From the IMG/VR virus record IMGVR_UViG_3300049740_002155: DNA of 64,000 bases, one strand, 5' to 3'. Below are positions 40,026 to 48,961 of this stretch, piece after piece. Within the stretch, counting starts at the first letter, position 1. The number at the start of each line of letters is the position of its first letter. The notes under the pieces were generated by a model. The model ran no database searches. It saw only the letters and a list, made by a program, of their open reading frames with translations, and was not told the origin of the DNA. The stretch is from a virus. Taxonomy: Duplodnaviria > Caudoviricetes. A program made the position numbers and the translations under genes.

Positions 40026-41294
40026 ATGTCGTTTGAAGTGAATTTTGATGGGTTGGTCGGTCCAACTCATAATTACGCAGGTTTGTCCCACGGAAATGTT
40101 CACTCGGTAAACAATAAAAACAAACCGAGCAATCCTAGACGGGCTGCACTTCAAGGTTTAGATAAAATGAAGTTGATGTATGATCTTGGATACAAACAAT
40201 GTATTATACCACCACAAGAACGACCTTTAATCAACGATTATGACGATTATTGTAACATGGCAATCAATGCTTCTGCGAGCAGTATGTGGGTTGCAAATTC
40301 GTCTACAATAGTACCAAGTTCTGATACAAAAAATAACAAGTTGAATATTTTGACTGCAAATTTAAATTTCACACATCATCGCAGAATTGAAGCACCCCAA
40401 ACTCATATTACTTTAAATAAAATTTTCAACGATACCTCTAAATTTTTAGTTCATTCTCCTTTGAATAGTGACGGAACATTAGATGACGAAGGTGCAGCCA
40501 ATCATACTAGATTTTGCAATTCATATGAAGAAGAAGGATTGCACTTTTTTGTATATGGTCGTTCAAACGACTCATCGGAGATTCGTCCGATCAACTATCC
40601 TGCAAGACAAACTTACGAAGCATCCAAAAAAGTTGCGGAAAATATGCAAGTCAATAACGCAGTATTTGCACAACAATCTGCGGAAAGTATTGATGCGGGT
40701 GTATTTCACCATGATGTTATTGGTGTGGGTAACAAGAATTTATATTTTTATCACGAAAAGGCACTAGCAGAAGAAGCAGAAACAATTGCAAAGTTACAAG
40801 ATGCGTTTGTTGGTAAATTAAATTTTTTGTGCGTAAAGGAATCTGAAGTTCCGATGGATGTGGCAGTTGAGACATATCTATTTAATAGTCAACTAGTTGA
40901 ATATGAAAATGGACATATGCTAATAGCACCCATAAGATGTCGTAGAAACTCATTGGTAAGAAAATACTTACAAAGTATTACAGGTAAACATAAACTGATT
41001 AAAAAGGTACGGTATGTTAATTTAGAGCAAAGTTTATGGAACGGTGGTGGTCCTGCTTGCTTGAGATTGAGGGTGGTGATGAATAAGTCTGAGTTTTCTG
41101 CTTTGCATCCTGGTATAATTTTTGATGATAGATTATACACAAGACTGCGTAAATGGATTAAAAAATATTATGTAGGAAATTTAATTTATGATGATCTATT
41201 TACACCAAGTTTTATTCAACGAGGTCGAGACGCATTATTTGAACTTACGAATATTCTTGGGTTGGGTTATATATACCCACTTCAGTTGAAATAA
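40026..41294 (+). CDS. astB: N-succinylarginine dihydrolase
   Basis: EVNFDGLVGPTHNYAGLS.GN, ALQGL.KM, PPQERP, ASSMW.AN, DEGAANH, VFH.DVI, NGGGPACLRLRV. Confidence 0.95.
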   Translation: MSFEVNFDGLVGPTHNYAGLSHGNVHSVNNKNKPSNPRRAALQGLDKMKLMYDLGYKQCIIPPQERPLINDYDDYCNMAINASASSMWVANSSTIVPSSDTKNNKLNILTANLNFTHHRRIEAPQTHITLNKIFNDTSKFLVHSPLNSDGTLDDEGAANHTRFCNSYEEEGLHFFVYGRSNDSSEIRPINYPARQTYEASKKVAENMQVNNAVFAQQSAESIDAGVFHHDVIGVGNKNLYFYHEKALAEEAETIAKLQDAFVGKLNFLCVKESEVPMDVAVETYLFNSQLVEYENGHMLIAPIRCRRNSLVRKYLQSITGKHKLIKKVRYVNLEQSLWNGGGPACLRLRVVMNKSEFSALHPGIIFDDRLYTRLRKWIKKYYVGNLIYDDLFTPSFIQRGRDALFELTNILGLGYIYPLQLK

Positions 41295-41316
41295 TTAAAA
41301 ACTGCTATTTATATTT

Positions 41317-41535
41317 GTGTTCTATGACTCAAAACCTTATTTTTATTTGCTTATTGAGTTATTTGTTTTTACAACTATAATATTACATACACAGATTGCT
41401 AAAATTGAAATAGATATAAAAGAAGAAACAAAACGAGAATTGGAACTACATGAATTCATAGAAGATGTAAAAAGTGATCCTGTAAAGATTCAAAAAATTC
41501 TACAACTTCAAAAAAATAGTTTGACAAAAAAATAA
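41317..41535 (+). CDS. Small membrane-anchored hypothetical protein
   Basis: GTG start 4 nt after CTATTTAT; N-terminal TM segment. Confidence 0.5.
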   Translation: MFYDSKPYFYLLIELFVFTTIILHTQIAKIEIDIKEETKRELELHEFIEDVKSDPVKIQKILQLQKNSLTKK

Positions 41536-41559
41536 AAATCGTCATAATTGGATGCTATT

Positions 41560-42234
41560 ATGAAAACATTAGTTAAAATAATCGCAACCGTCGCCGTTCT
41601 TGGTGGAGGGTTTTTCGCATATCAAACCGTTAACGCAGTAGAACTCACAGGTAAGGCTGGAGTCTCTTATACAGACACACGTACATTCCGTGGTGTAAAG
41701 CAAGCAGATGACACTCTTGGTGCTTCTCTTGGTCTTTCCACTTCTGTTTCTGAAAAAGTATCTTTGGGAGTTTCCATTGATTCTTTTAATGCGTTGGAAG
41801 CAGGTCAAACCAATGAACTTCGTAGTGGAGTTTCTATGGGTTATGATCTTGGTAAGGTTGGTTTGAGTGTCGGATACACTAACTATGATTATCAAAGTGC
41901 TACAAGTGCTGACGAAATCGGATTTGGTTTGTCCGTGGAAACTATCCTCAACCCAAGTGTTTTGTATGCAATCGATTCAGATAATGATTCGGATGTAGCA
42001 GAATTATCGGTATGTCATGAGTTTTCTCTTGCAGAAAACATCGGATTGGCATTGTGCGGTTCGTTGGGTAATGTTGATGCGGCTGCTGATTACACTTATC
42101 ATAGTGTAGGAGCACGTCTCAACACAACTATTGCAGGTGCTGACACATTTGCAGGTATTGCCCTCGTTGACAATGATAACGCTGGAAGTGATTCCGAGAC
42201 TGTATTCTCAGTCGGAGTGTCTCTTTCATTCTAA
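41560..42234 (+). CDS. Outer-membrane beta-barrel protein (TorF-like putative porin)
   Basis: Signal peptide ending VNA, FRG motif near the mature N-terminus, alternating beta-strand pattern, C-terminal Phe (VGVSLSF); start at ATG 41560. Confidence 0.75.
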   Translation: MKTLVKIIATVAVLGGGFFAYQTVNAVELTGKAGVSYTDTRTFRGVKQADDTLGASLGLSTSVSEKVSLGVSIDSFNALEAGQTNELRSGVSMGYDLGKVGLSVGYTNYDYQSATSADEIGFGLSVETILNPSVLYAIDSDNDSDVAELSVCHEFSLAENIGLALCGSLGNVDAAADYTYHSVGARLNTTIAGADTFAGIALVDNDNAGSDSETVFSVGVSLSF

Positions 42235-42288
42235 CATTAAAAACCGAAAGGAGGTGTTTTTACACCGAAAACTTTTAAAAAGTTTTGG

Positions 42289-42318
42289 AGACTTCTCATT
42301 TGAGAAGTCTTTTTTTTT
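42289..42318 (+). terminator. Rho-independent terminator
   Basis: AGACTTCTCA-TT-TGAGAAGTCT followed by a T run. Confidence 0.85.
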
Positions 42319-42364
42319 CGACTTTTTTAAATTTTTTTAAAACTACGTTGTAATTATATGAACG

Positions 42365-42625
42365 ATGGCAACAGACGAATATGACTTTGAACTAGATGAA
42401 GACGATTTAATTGATGAATACGCATCGGAAGTGAATTTAATATTAACGGTGCTGAGTAAGATAGATGGAGACTTAGCAAATTCTGTGCTTACAAATTCAA
42501 GCAAGATTGAAGATTTTGATTTGACCGAGGAAGAACTTGATGAGGTAATTAGTGAGATTGGGGTTTCCGTAAAAAACGATAATAAGATTGTTGACATTGC
42601 CAAAAAGTTACGTGATAATGCTTAA
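42365..42625 (+). CDS. Acidic hypothetical protein
   Basis: 86-aa ORF. Confidence 0.6.
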   Translation: MATDEYDFELDEDDLIDEYASEVNLILTVLSKIDGDLANSVLTNSSKIEDFDLTEEELDEVISEIGVSVKNDNKIVDIAKKLRDNA

Positions 42626-42669
42626 CTTATTATAATAAGTTTTATATAGCACCGATATGAATTTGAAAA

Positions 42670-42756
42670 GGCCGAGTGGTGGAATTGGTAGACACATCGG
42701 ACTTAAAATCCGTTTTCTGTAAAGAAGTACGGGTTCGAGTCCCGTCTTGGCCACCA
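42670..42756 (+). tRNA. tRNA-Leu(UAA), CCA encoded
   Basis: Acceptor GGCCGAG/CTTGGCC-A-CCA, D loop TGGTAGA, anticodon loop CT-TAA-AA, long variable arm, T arm ACGGG-TTCGAGT-CCCGT. Confidence 0.95.
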
Positions 42757-42763
42757 TTTTAAT

Positions 42764-42792
42764 TTGACAAATATATGATGTTATAGTACATT
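42764..42792 (+). promoter_or_regulatory. sigma70-type promoter
   Basis: TTGACA-17 nt-TACATT, 5 nt to ATG 42798. Confidence 0.6.
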
Positions 42793-42797
42793 ATGGT

Positions 42798-43040
42798 ATG
42801 AGTACAAAAATATCATTGGATAACGGAAACAAGCAAATTGAATTATCCAAAGAAGGAAAAACTTATCGTATGCGAATAAGTTACAAAAAGAAAGTAACTT
42901 GGAATCCGTTTCAGAAACAAGAAACTGACATAGTTTTAGAACAAGACCAACTTGAACAACTCGCAGGATTTCTGAATCTTCATAATAATAGTTATCCTTC
43001 TTCAACCAATAATATAGATTTCGGAACAAGCATGGAATAA
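42798..43040 (+). CDS. Hypothetical protein
   Basis: 80-aa ORF behind a promoter. Confidence 0.65.
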   Translation: MSTKISLDNGNKQIELSKEGKTYRMRISYKKKVTWNPFQKQETDIVLEQDQLEQLAGFLNLHNNSYPSSTNNIDFGTSME

Positions 43041-43114
43041 TACCTTACCACTTGGTAAGCATTAATAGTTTTTATATTCTTTTGTTTTTTCAAAATTTTT
43101 GGTATTCTTCTTGT

Positions 43115-43900
43115 ATGTGTTACGAAGAAGACTACGAACCTTACGATCATTATGGAAACCACAATCCGTTGGAAGCAGAAGCAAAATCAAACGAACGACA
43201 CTTAAGAAACGGAATGTGTAATCAATCAAATAGAATTGTAATTCATTATGAACTTCCACTTGATCGTGATATGGAGAATTGCGATGAAAAAGGTCATCCT
43301 TTTTATGGAGTTGATTGGCAACGATTATATTATCGTTTTGAATTCCGTGAAGACAAACGTGATCATCACAATGTTTATTTGGTGGACAAAGAAGGTTATA
43401 TACATTTTGTACGAAACGGAAGAAATGGAGAAGCAGAATCACCCAAAGATGCTGACAATGAAAAAGGAAGTTGGAAGTTAAATGATATGGACTATTGGAG
43501 AACTTGTTTAAGTAGTAATCGTGATGAAGAAGAAAAATTCTACACAGGATGTATAACTGCAACCAAGTATTTTTTAGGTAGTCGTGAATTTAGAAGAGAC
43601 TTGCGTGTTGATTTTCATTTAACATTCAAAGATGGAAAAATACTTGAAATTAATCCAGAAGTTAATTACATTTGTAATATTGCGAGATATAAATTAATTG
43701 AGTATCGTGAAAATTGGAAAACATGGGAAGAATCCGACAAATACAAAGCATTGGAAAAATATTATTGGATACCTCTTGATAATACAGAAAAAAAATTGTA
43801 TAATGCAGTAGAAAAAGTATCTGCATTTATTAATAAAATAATCATCCGAGTATGTGCTTTGTGTCGTTTTCAAAAATCAAGATACCCTGAACATTGGTGA
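43115..43900 (+). CDS. Hypothetical protein
   Basis: Start moved to ATG 43115 (TG-n-TATTCT extended -10 lies 6 nt upstream). Confidence 0.65.
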   Translation: MCYEEDYEPYDHYGNHNPLEAEAKSNERHLRNGMCNQSNRIVIHYELPLDRDMENCDEKGHPFYGVDWQRLYYRFEFREDKRDHHNVYLVDKEGYIHFVRNGRNGEAESPKDADNEKGSWKLNDMDYWRTCLSSNRDEEEKFYTGCITATKYFLGSREFRRDLRVDFHLTFKDGKILEINPEVNYICNIARYKLIEYRENWKTWEESDKYKALEKYYWIPLDNTEKKLYNAVEKVSAFINKIIIRVCALCRFQKSRYPEHW

Positions 43901-43908
43901 TTTTTTGC

Positions 43909-43937
43909 TTGACTTTTTATAATAATTTTGGTAGGGT
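43909..43937 (+). promoter_or_regulatory. sigma70-type promoter
   Basis: TTGACT-17 nt-TAGGGT. Confidence 0.55.
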
Positions 43938-43987
43938 GTATATCTAGAGAGAAATTATATAAAAAACTAAAATAGAGAGAAAAAATT

Positions 43988-44395
43988 ATGGGAACGATAA
44001 CAGATAACTGGATAAATTATATTGATAATAGGAATGCGTTTGAGTCAATTGAATGGAATTGGGAAGCATTATCTCCCCACGATTGTTTTAATTCAATTAA
44101 TGCAAGGGTCCCATTTGATGGGGGTGTGATAGAAATATTTACCGGAAATTTAATTCCACACGGATTTTTGTCAAGTAATGTTTGCATTGAAGCATCTTTT
44201 GATCCTGAACATCCTGAAGGACCTGATTCTGCTCTTAATCACGCAACTTTCCACGTTGGCATTTTTGATAACGAAGGAAACGAGATTCAATGCCCAATCA
44301 CCAATGGAATTTTTCCTGAGGAAGGTGACACTCATGGTGCGAATCTTGAACCACAAGAAGTGGGTCAGATTATTCTTCAATTTCAGAACGACTAA
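43988..44395 (+). CDS. Hypothetical protein
   Basis: 135-aa ORF, GAGAG-rich leader. Confidence 0.7.
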   Translation: MGTITDNWINYIDNRNAFESIEWNWEALSPHDCFNSINARVPFDGGVIEIFTGNLIPHGFLSSNVCIEASFDPEHPEGPDSALNHATFHVGIFDNEGNEIQCPITNGIFPEEGDTHGANLEPQEVGQIILQFQND

Positions 44396-44433
44396 TACTT
44401 GACTTTCTATAATAATAATGTATTATAGTATCT

Positions 44434-44754
44434 ATGAATAATAACGCAATGTTTGAAGAATTAACATTCATTCCACATCGTGGATCGGTAAACTGCATCC
44501 AAGCAAGAAAAGATTTTGATAATGGATGTACGATTTCTGTTGTAACTGGTGACGGAATGTATGGTGACATTGATGTAAATGATTTCTATAAATCTACATT
44601 TGAAGTGGCCGCATTCGATAATAACAATGAATTCATTCAGTTGACACCCTCTGATGATGTCATTGGTCATCGAACAAAAACTGAAGTAAATGAAATTATG
44701 ACTGCATTGCGTGATGATCCTGAATCGTTACGAGTAAATGCAACCAATAGTTAA
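44434..44754 (+). CDS. Hypothetical phage protein
   Basis: FDNGCTISVV..YG...FEVA pattern; TTGACT-16-TATTAT promoter 7 nt upstream. Confidence 0.7.
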   Translation: MNNNAMFEELTFIPHRGSVNCIQARKDFDNGCTISVVTGDGMYGDIDVNDFYKSTFEVAAFDNNNEFIQLTPSDDVIGHRTKTEVNEIMTALRDDPESLRVNATNS

Positions 44755-45283
44755 TTCAGACGAATGGAACCCGTGTTCAAGTTGGAGTAAAAATCTAACA
44801 GAGAATACAAAACATCTTGTACAAAATAGACACGGAGAAACAATTTGGAAACCATACTTCAATCCGTTTGCAAATAAACTTCCTACATACGAACTTGATT
44901 TTAATTCCAATCAAACATTTGATTACATAAACGGAGTTGATCCGTGGGGAAGACCCTTTTTGAAAAGTATTTTCTTTCATAATGTACTTTCAGATAAACC
45001 AAAACGAATTGCATTATGGAAAATTCAATGTGGAGCAGGTGTTTCTAATTATTTAGAAACTGCACTAAATAAAGCAAGAGTATTCAAAAATTTTAGATTA
45101 CACGGATTTACAACCGTCAATGGTGAAGTAGTCCGTTTATATATCACAGGTGTAAATAGTGATTCGTTTGATAAAATGGTAAGACCCTATGGCAAAACAG
45201 GTAGATTTATAGAATACGAAAAAGCAAATTCTCTTGATGAAACCATTGATGATGAACGACCTATACCAAGATGGATTATCTAA
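44738..45283 (+). CDS. Hypothetical protein
   Basis: 181-aa ORF. Confidence 0.65.
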   Translation: MQPIVNSDEWNPCSSWSKNLTENTKHLVQNRHGETIWKPYFNPFANKLPTYELDFNSNQTFDYINGVDPWGRPFLKSIFFHNVLSDKPKRIALWKIQCGAGVSNYLETALNKARVFKNFRLHGFTTVNGEVVRLYITGVNSDSFDKMVRPYGKTGRFIEYEKANSLDETIDDERPIPRWII

Positions 45284-45285
45284 TC

Positions 45286-45314
45286 TTGACGGAATCAAAC
45301 TCATTTGATAATAT
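45286..45314 (+). promoter_or_regulatory. sigma70-type promoter (AAA-vWA pair)
   Basis: TTGACG-17 nt-TAATAT. Confidence 0.7.
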
Positions 45315-45346
45315 ATAATATAATTTTAATATAACCAAGGAAATAA

Positions 45347-46915
45347 ATGAATCTTAAACCAAACAACTTTGATTTTTGGATTGAAACCAATCTAAATGTA
45401 TTGCTTCGTGGTAAACACGGAGTTGGAAAAACTGCTATGGTAGTTGATGCGTTTGAACGCAACAATTTGAAGTACAAATATTTTAGTGCAAGCACAATGG
45501 ACCCGTGGGTTGACTTTATCGGAGTTCCCAAAGAAAAGACCGATGATAATGGAAACTCTTATTTGGATTTGGTTCGTCCACAAGAATTTCAAGATGATGA
45601 AGTAGAAGCAATTTTTATGGACGAGTTTTCAAGAGCACACAAGAAAGTTCGTAATGCAGTAATGGAACTTATTCAGTTCAAGAGTATCAATGGTCGTAAG
45701 TTCAAGAATCTCAAAATTGTATGGGCTGCCATCAATCCTGAAGATGATGAAGAATTTAATTATGACGTAGATGCACTTGATCCTGCACAAGAAGATAGAT
45801 TTCATGTTCACATTGAAGTTCCATATAAACCTGATGTAACTTGGTTTCGTGAAAACTTCGGAACACAACTCGCCAATTCAGCAGTATCTTGGTGGAACGA
45901 ACTTCCACCAAATGTGCAAACTAAAGTAACTCCTCGTAGATTAGAGTATGCGTTGAAAGTTTATGGAGCAAAAGGAAATCTTCGTCACGTTCTTCCTACA
46001 TCTTCTAATGTAAGTAAATTGATGCGTGTGCTAACAGATGGACCCATTGAAGAAAAATTGGTTGCGTTGGCTGCTCGTAAGAAACTTGCAGACGCACGTG
46101 ATTTTATTAAAACGGAAAACAATTATCGTGATGGTCTTCCTTATATCATCAAAAGCAAGAAACTTCGTGACTTTTTTGTTCCATTGTTTGCAAACGAAAA
46201 GTTGTCTAATTTAATGGCAACTGAAACTGATGTATACAAACTTGCGGTAGATCGTATCAAAAGCAAAGATCAAAAATTCACGGACATTGCAAAAGATATT
46301 GTTACTGCAAATCAAAACAAAAAGTTGGCAAAGCAGTTGACCAAAGACTTGCATCATATTCTTAATGTTGTAGATATGAGTGAACTTAAAACTGCTCCTC
46401 AAAGTGCAACAGGCAACACCGCAAATGATGATGTAACTTTTCAACAAATTATTAAAGGTTTGCTTACACGAAGAGTAACAACAACTGCACATCGTAAAGA
46501 ATTAATTTCAGATTTGGTTGGAAATATACCTGCAAAGGGAATGTCTGTTAAATCTGCAACAGAAGCAATTGAAATGATTGATTCAGTTGCTGAACGTTCT
46601 CATTCGTATACCATTGCTTCTCCTGAGATTGTAGGTGCAATCAATAGTTGTATTTATACAATATGTTCTGAGCAGAAATTGAATTGGGAAGCATTCATTA
46701 AAAAGCACGGATCAATTATTGCAAACTTTTTTCAGAAAATGAAAGATTCAAATCGTGAAAAAAAGATTTATCAACCTGGAAGATACAAAGATAATGAAAG
46801 CAAAATTGCAAAGAATTTGTTTGCGAACTTGAGTGTTGGTACAAAAAAGAAAACACCACCACCTGTTCCACAAAAAATGGATTCTTATGTACTCACCGGT
46901 GATTGGGACGGATGA
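45347..46915 (+). CDS. MoxR/AAA_5-like AAA+ ATPase
   Basis: GKHGVGKT Walker A, IFMDEFSRA Walker B, WAAIN, LDPAQEDRF. Confidence 0.88.
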   Translation: MNLKPNNFDFWIETNLNVLLRGKHGVGKTAMVVDAFERNNLKYKYFSASTMDPWVDFIGVPKEKTDDNGNSYLDLVRPQEFQDDEVEAIFMDEFSRAHKKVRNAVMELIQFKSINGRKFKNLKIVWAAINPEDDEEFNYDVDALDPAQEDRFHVHIEVPYKPDVTWFRENFGTQLANSAVSWWNELPPNVQTKVTPRRLEYALKVYGAKGNLRHVLPTSSNVSKLMRVLTDGPIEEKLVALAARKKLADARDFIKTENNYRDGLPYIIKSKKLRDFFVPLFANEKLSNLMATETDVYKLAVDRIKSKDQKFTDIAKDIVTANQNKKLAKQLTKDLHHILNVVDMSELKTAPQSATGNTANDDVTFQQIIKGLLTRRVTTTAHRKELISDLVGNIPAKGMSVKSATEAIEMIDSVAERSHSYTIASPEIVGAINSCIYTICSEQKLNWEAFIKKHGSIIANFFQKMKDSNREKKIYQPGRYKDNESKIAKNLFANLSVGTKKKTPPPVPQKMDSYVLTGDWDG

Positions 46916-48180
46916 GTGAAGTCTTAAAATTATCTGAGTTTGAAGAAATTGCGTTTAAGTTAGAAACGCATCATTCAATTTTCTACAAGTTGTGGGAAAT
47001 GGGTGAAATGGTTTTTGATGAAGAAATTCCAACTGCGTGTGTCAAATTTGACAAAGCAGGTAATTATGTTTCGTTTCATTTTAATCCTGAGTTTTGGGAA
47101 TCTAAGACATCTTACGAACGATTGTTTATTATCTGCCACGAATGTTTACACGTTTGGTTGAATCACGGACTTCGCACAAAAAACGCAGAACATCCTCAAT
47201 TGGTTAATACTGCACTTGATGTAGTCATTAATCATATGTTAGTAGAAAACTTTGGTTTTCAACGGCACAAAATTTCAGATGCCAAAGAGTTGTGTTGGAT
47301 TGATACCGTGTATGCTGAAAACGATGGTGAAATTAAAACTGAACAAACCTTTGAATATTACTACAATAAACTTGTTGATAGTCCCAATACCAATTTCATA
47401 AATTGTAAATTGGTTGACTCGCACGATCATTTAGAAGATGTTGACTTTGATAAAATCGTAGATCAACTTGGTCAAGATTTGTCGGAAGAAGAAAAAAAGG
47501 ATATAAGCAAAACAATTGACAAACACCGTCAAAAAACAAAAGACTTTGGAAAAGGTGATCGTGCAATGATGGAGTGGGAACATATGATTCCACCCACCAC
47601 AATCAAAAAGAAAAAAAGTTGGTTTGAACTTATTAAAAGATGGGCAACCGATAAAGGCAGAACTGACGCAGACGCAGAGCAATGGGTAAAAACAAATCGT
47701 AGATTGTCTTTACTAGATACCGACACAGGAAGTCAATTGATGCTTCCATCTGATAATGACGATTATGCTTACGACAATGACAAAGTAGAAATGTGGTTGT
47801 ATTTGGATGTAAGTGGTTCGTGTGCAAATTTGCGAAACGATTTTTATTGTGCATCACTTACAATTCCACAAGATAGAATTAAAATGCGTACATTCTGTTT
47901 TGATACAAAAATAACGGAAGTTAATCTCAAAGATAAAAAACTTATTAGTGGGGGTGGCACTTCGTTTCATATAATTCAGAATCATATTGATCGTGAACTC
48001 ATGCACAAAAAGAAACATCCTGTTATTTTTGTATTCACAGATGGATATGGAGACAATGTTCAAATTAAAGAACCAAAAAAATGGCATTGGTTTATAGATG
48101 GTGGTGATTGGTGTATGCGACAAGCAAAATTTCTTTCTGACAAAAATTGCAATTTTTATTCAATGGAAAACTTCAAGTAA
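46912..48180 (+). CDS. Metallopeptidase-like (HExxH) plus vWA domain protein (DUF2201-like)
   Basis: CHECLHVWLNH, YLDVSGS, GGGTSF, FTDGYG; ATGA overlap with the AAA gene. Confidence 0.85.
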   Translation: MSEVLKLSEFEEIAFKLETHHSIFYKLWEMGEMVFDEEIPTACVKFDKAGNYVSFHFNPEFWESKTSYERLFIICHECLHVWLNHGLRTKNAEHPQLVNTALDVVINHMLVENFGFQRHKISDAKELCWIDTVYAENDGEIKTEQTFEYYYNKLVDSPNTNFINCKLVDSHDHLEDVDFDKIVDQLGQDLSEEEKKDISKTIDKHRQKTKDFGKGDRAMMEWEHMIPPTTIKKKKSWFELIKRWATDKGRTDADAEQWVKTNRRLSLLDTDTGSQLMLPSDNDDYAYDNDKVEMWLYLDVSGSCANLRNDFYCASLTIPQDRIKMRTFCFDTKITEVNLKDKKLISGGGTSFHIIQNHIDRELMHKKKHPVIFVFTDGYGDNVQIKEPKKWHWFIDGGDWCMRQAKFLSDKNCNFYSMENFK

Positions 48181-48182
48181 CA

Positions 48183-48211
48183 TTGACAATTCAAAAATAA
48201 ACGTATAAAAT
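48183..48211 (+). promoter_or_regulatory. sigma70-type promoter (rpsU), leaderless
   Basis: TTGACA-17 nt-TAAAAT, 6 nt to ATG 48218. Confidence 0.8.
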
Positions 48212-48217
48212 AAAAAC

Positions 48218-48412
48218 ATGATTAAAGTAAAAGTAAGAGAAGGTGAACCTGTTGATCGGGCATTAAAACGACTTAAAAAGAAACTCAAAGACGAAGCAAT
48301 TCTTGATTCGGTGAGACAAAGAAGATACTTCGTACCGAAGTCCGAAAAACGCAAGAAGGCAAAGCAAAAAGCATATTACTCTCAGTTGATGCAAGAATAC
48401 AAAAATAGATAA
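48218..48412 (+). CDS. rpsU: Ribosomal protein bS21
   Basis: VKVREGEPVDRALKRLKKK...IL..VR.RRYF..SEKR. Confidence 0.9.
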   Translation: MIKVKVREGEPVDRALKRLKKKLKDEAILDSVRQRRYFVPKSEKRKKAKQKAYYSQLMQEYKNR

Positions 48413-48413
48413 A

Positions 48414-48665
48414 GTGCAGATTCAACACGAAATTACCGAGTCCGAACGAAATGCAGTTAAACGACATCTTGTGTCTTCTGATGACAGATTGTCTTTGAAT
48501 GTGATAAATAAAATGTTATCAAAGTACGAAATAACATTACAAAATAAGTTAACAGAAATAACTAATTTAAAAATGGACTTGGATGATCGTGATATTGCAG
48601 TAGATTTATTTTTCAGAAAAAAACTAAAGTCAGACGATGTAAAAAATCTAATTAAAACAAAATGA
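48414..48665 (+). CDS. Hypothetical protein
   Basis: GTG-start ORF after rpsU. Confidence 0.55.
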   Translation: MQIQHEITESERNAVKRHLVSSDDRLSLNVINKMLSKYEITLQNKLTEITNLKMDLDDRDIAVDLFFRKKLKSDDVKNLIKTK

Positions 48666-48961
48666 ATAAAAATACATACGCACACTCAATATTTGAAGAA
48701 TATTGTGATAAGGTTGAAATATTACCCGGAGAAGATTCAGTTGAAGTAATAGTACAAGGAAAATACTTTACTGAGTTATACACACGGGTTATGTTACACG
48801 GGTGGGCTTGTATATCAATTATGTCTGATGAAAAAGATAATCATACTGCAACTTTTGTTGATGGTGGTGCATTGGGATTTTTAGAACAAATGATGGGTGA
48901 AGACTTTATGAATGAGTTTCCCAATGAAGATGAAAATGATTGGTGGAAGAAGTCTGATTAG
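48662..48961 (+). CDS. Hypothetical protein
   Basis: 99 aa; ATGA overlap; the last base of its stop codon is the first base of tRNA-Ser. Confidence 0.65.
   Translation: MNKNTYAHSIFEEYCDKVEILPGEDSVEVIVQGKYFTELYTRVMLHGWACISIMSDEKDNHTATFVDGGALGFLEQMMGEDFMNEFPNEDENDWWKKSD

Noticed and set aside
40705-40725. AstB VFHHDVI versus canonical VFHNDVI as inactivation
   Set aside because: The catalytic His, the following Asp, the DEG Asp and the GGGPAC Cys are all retained; the change is at a non-catalytic position.
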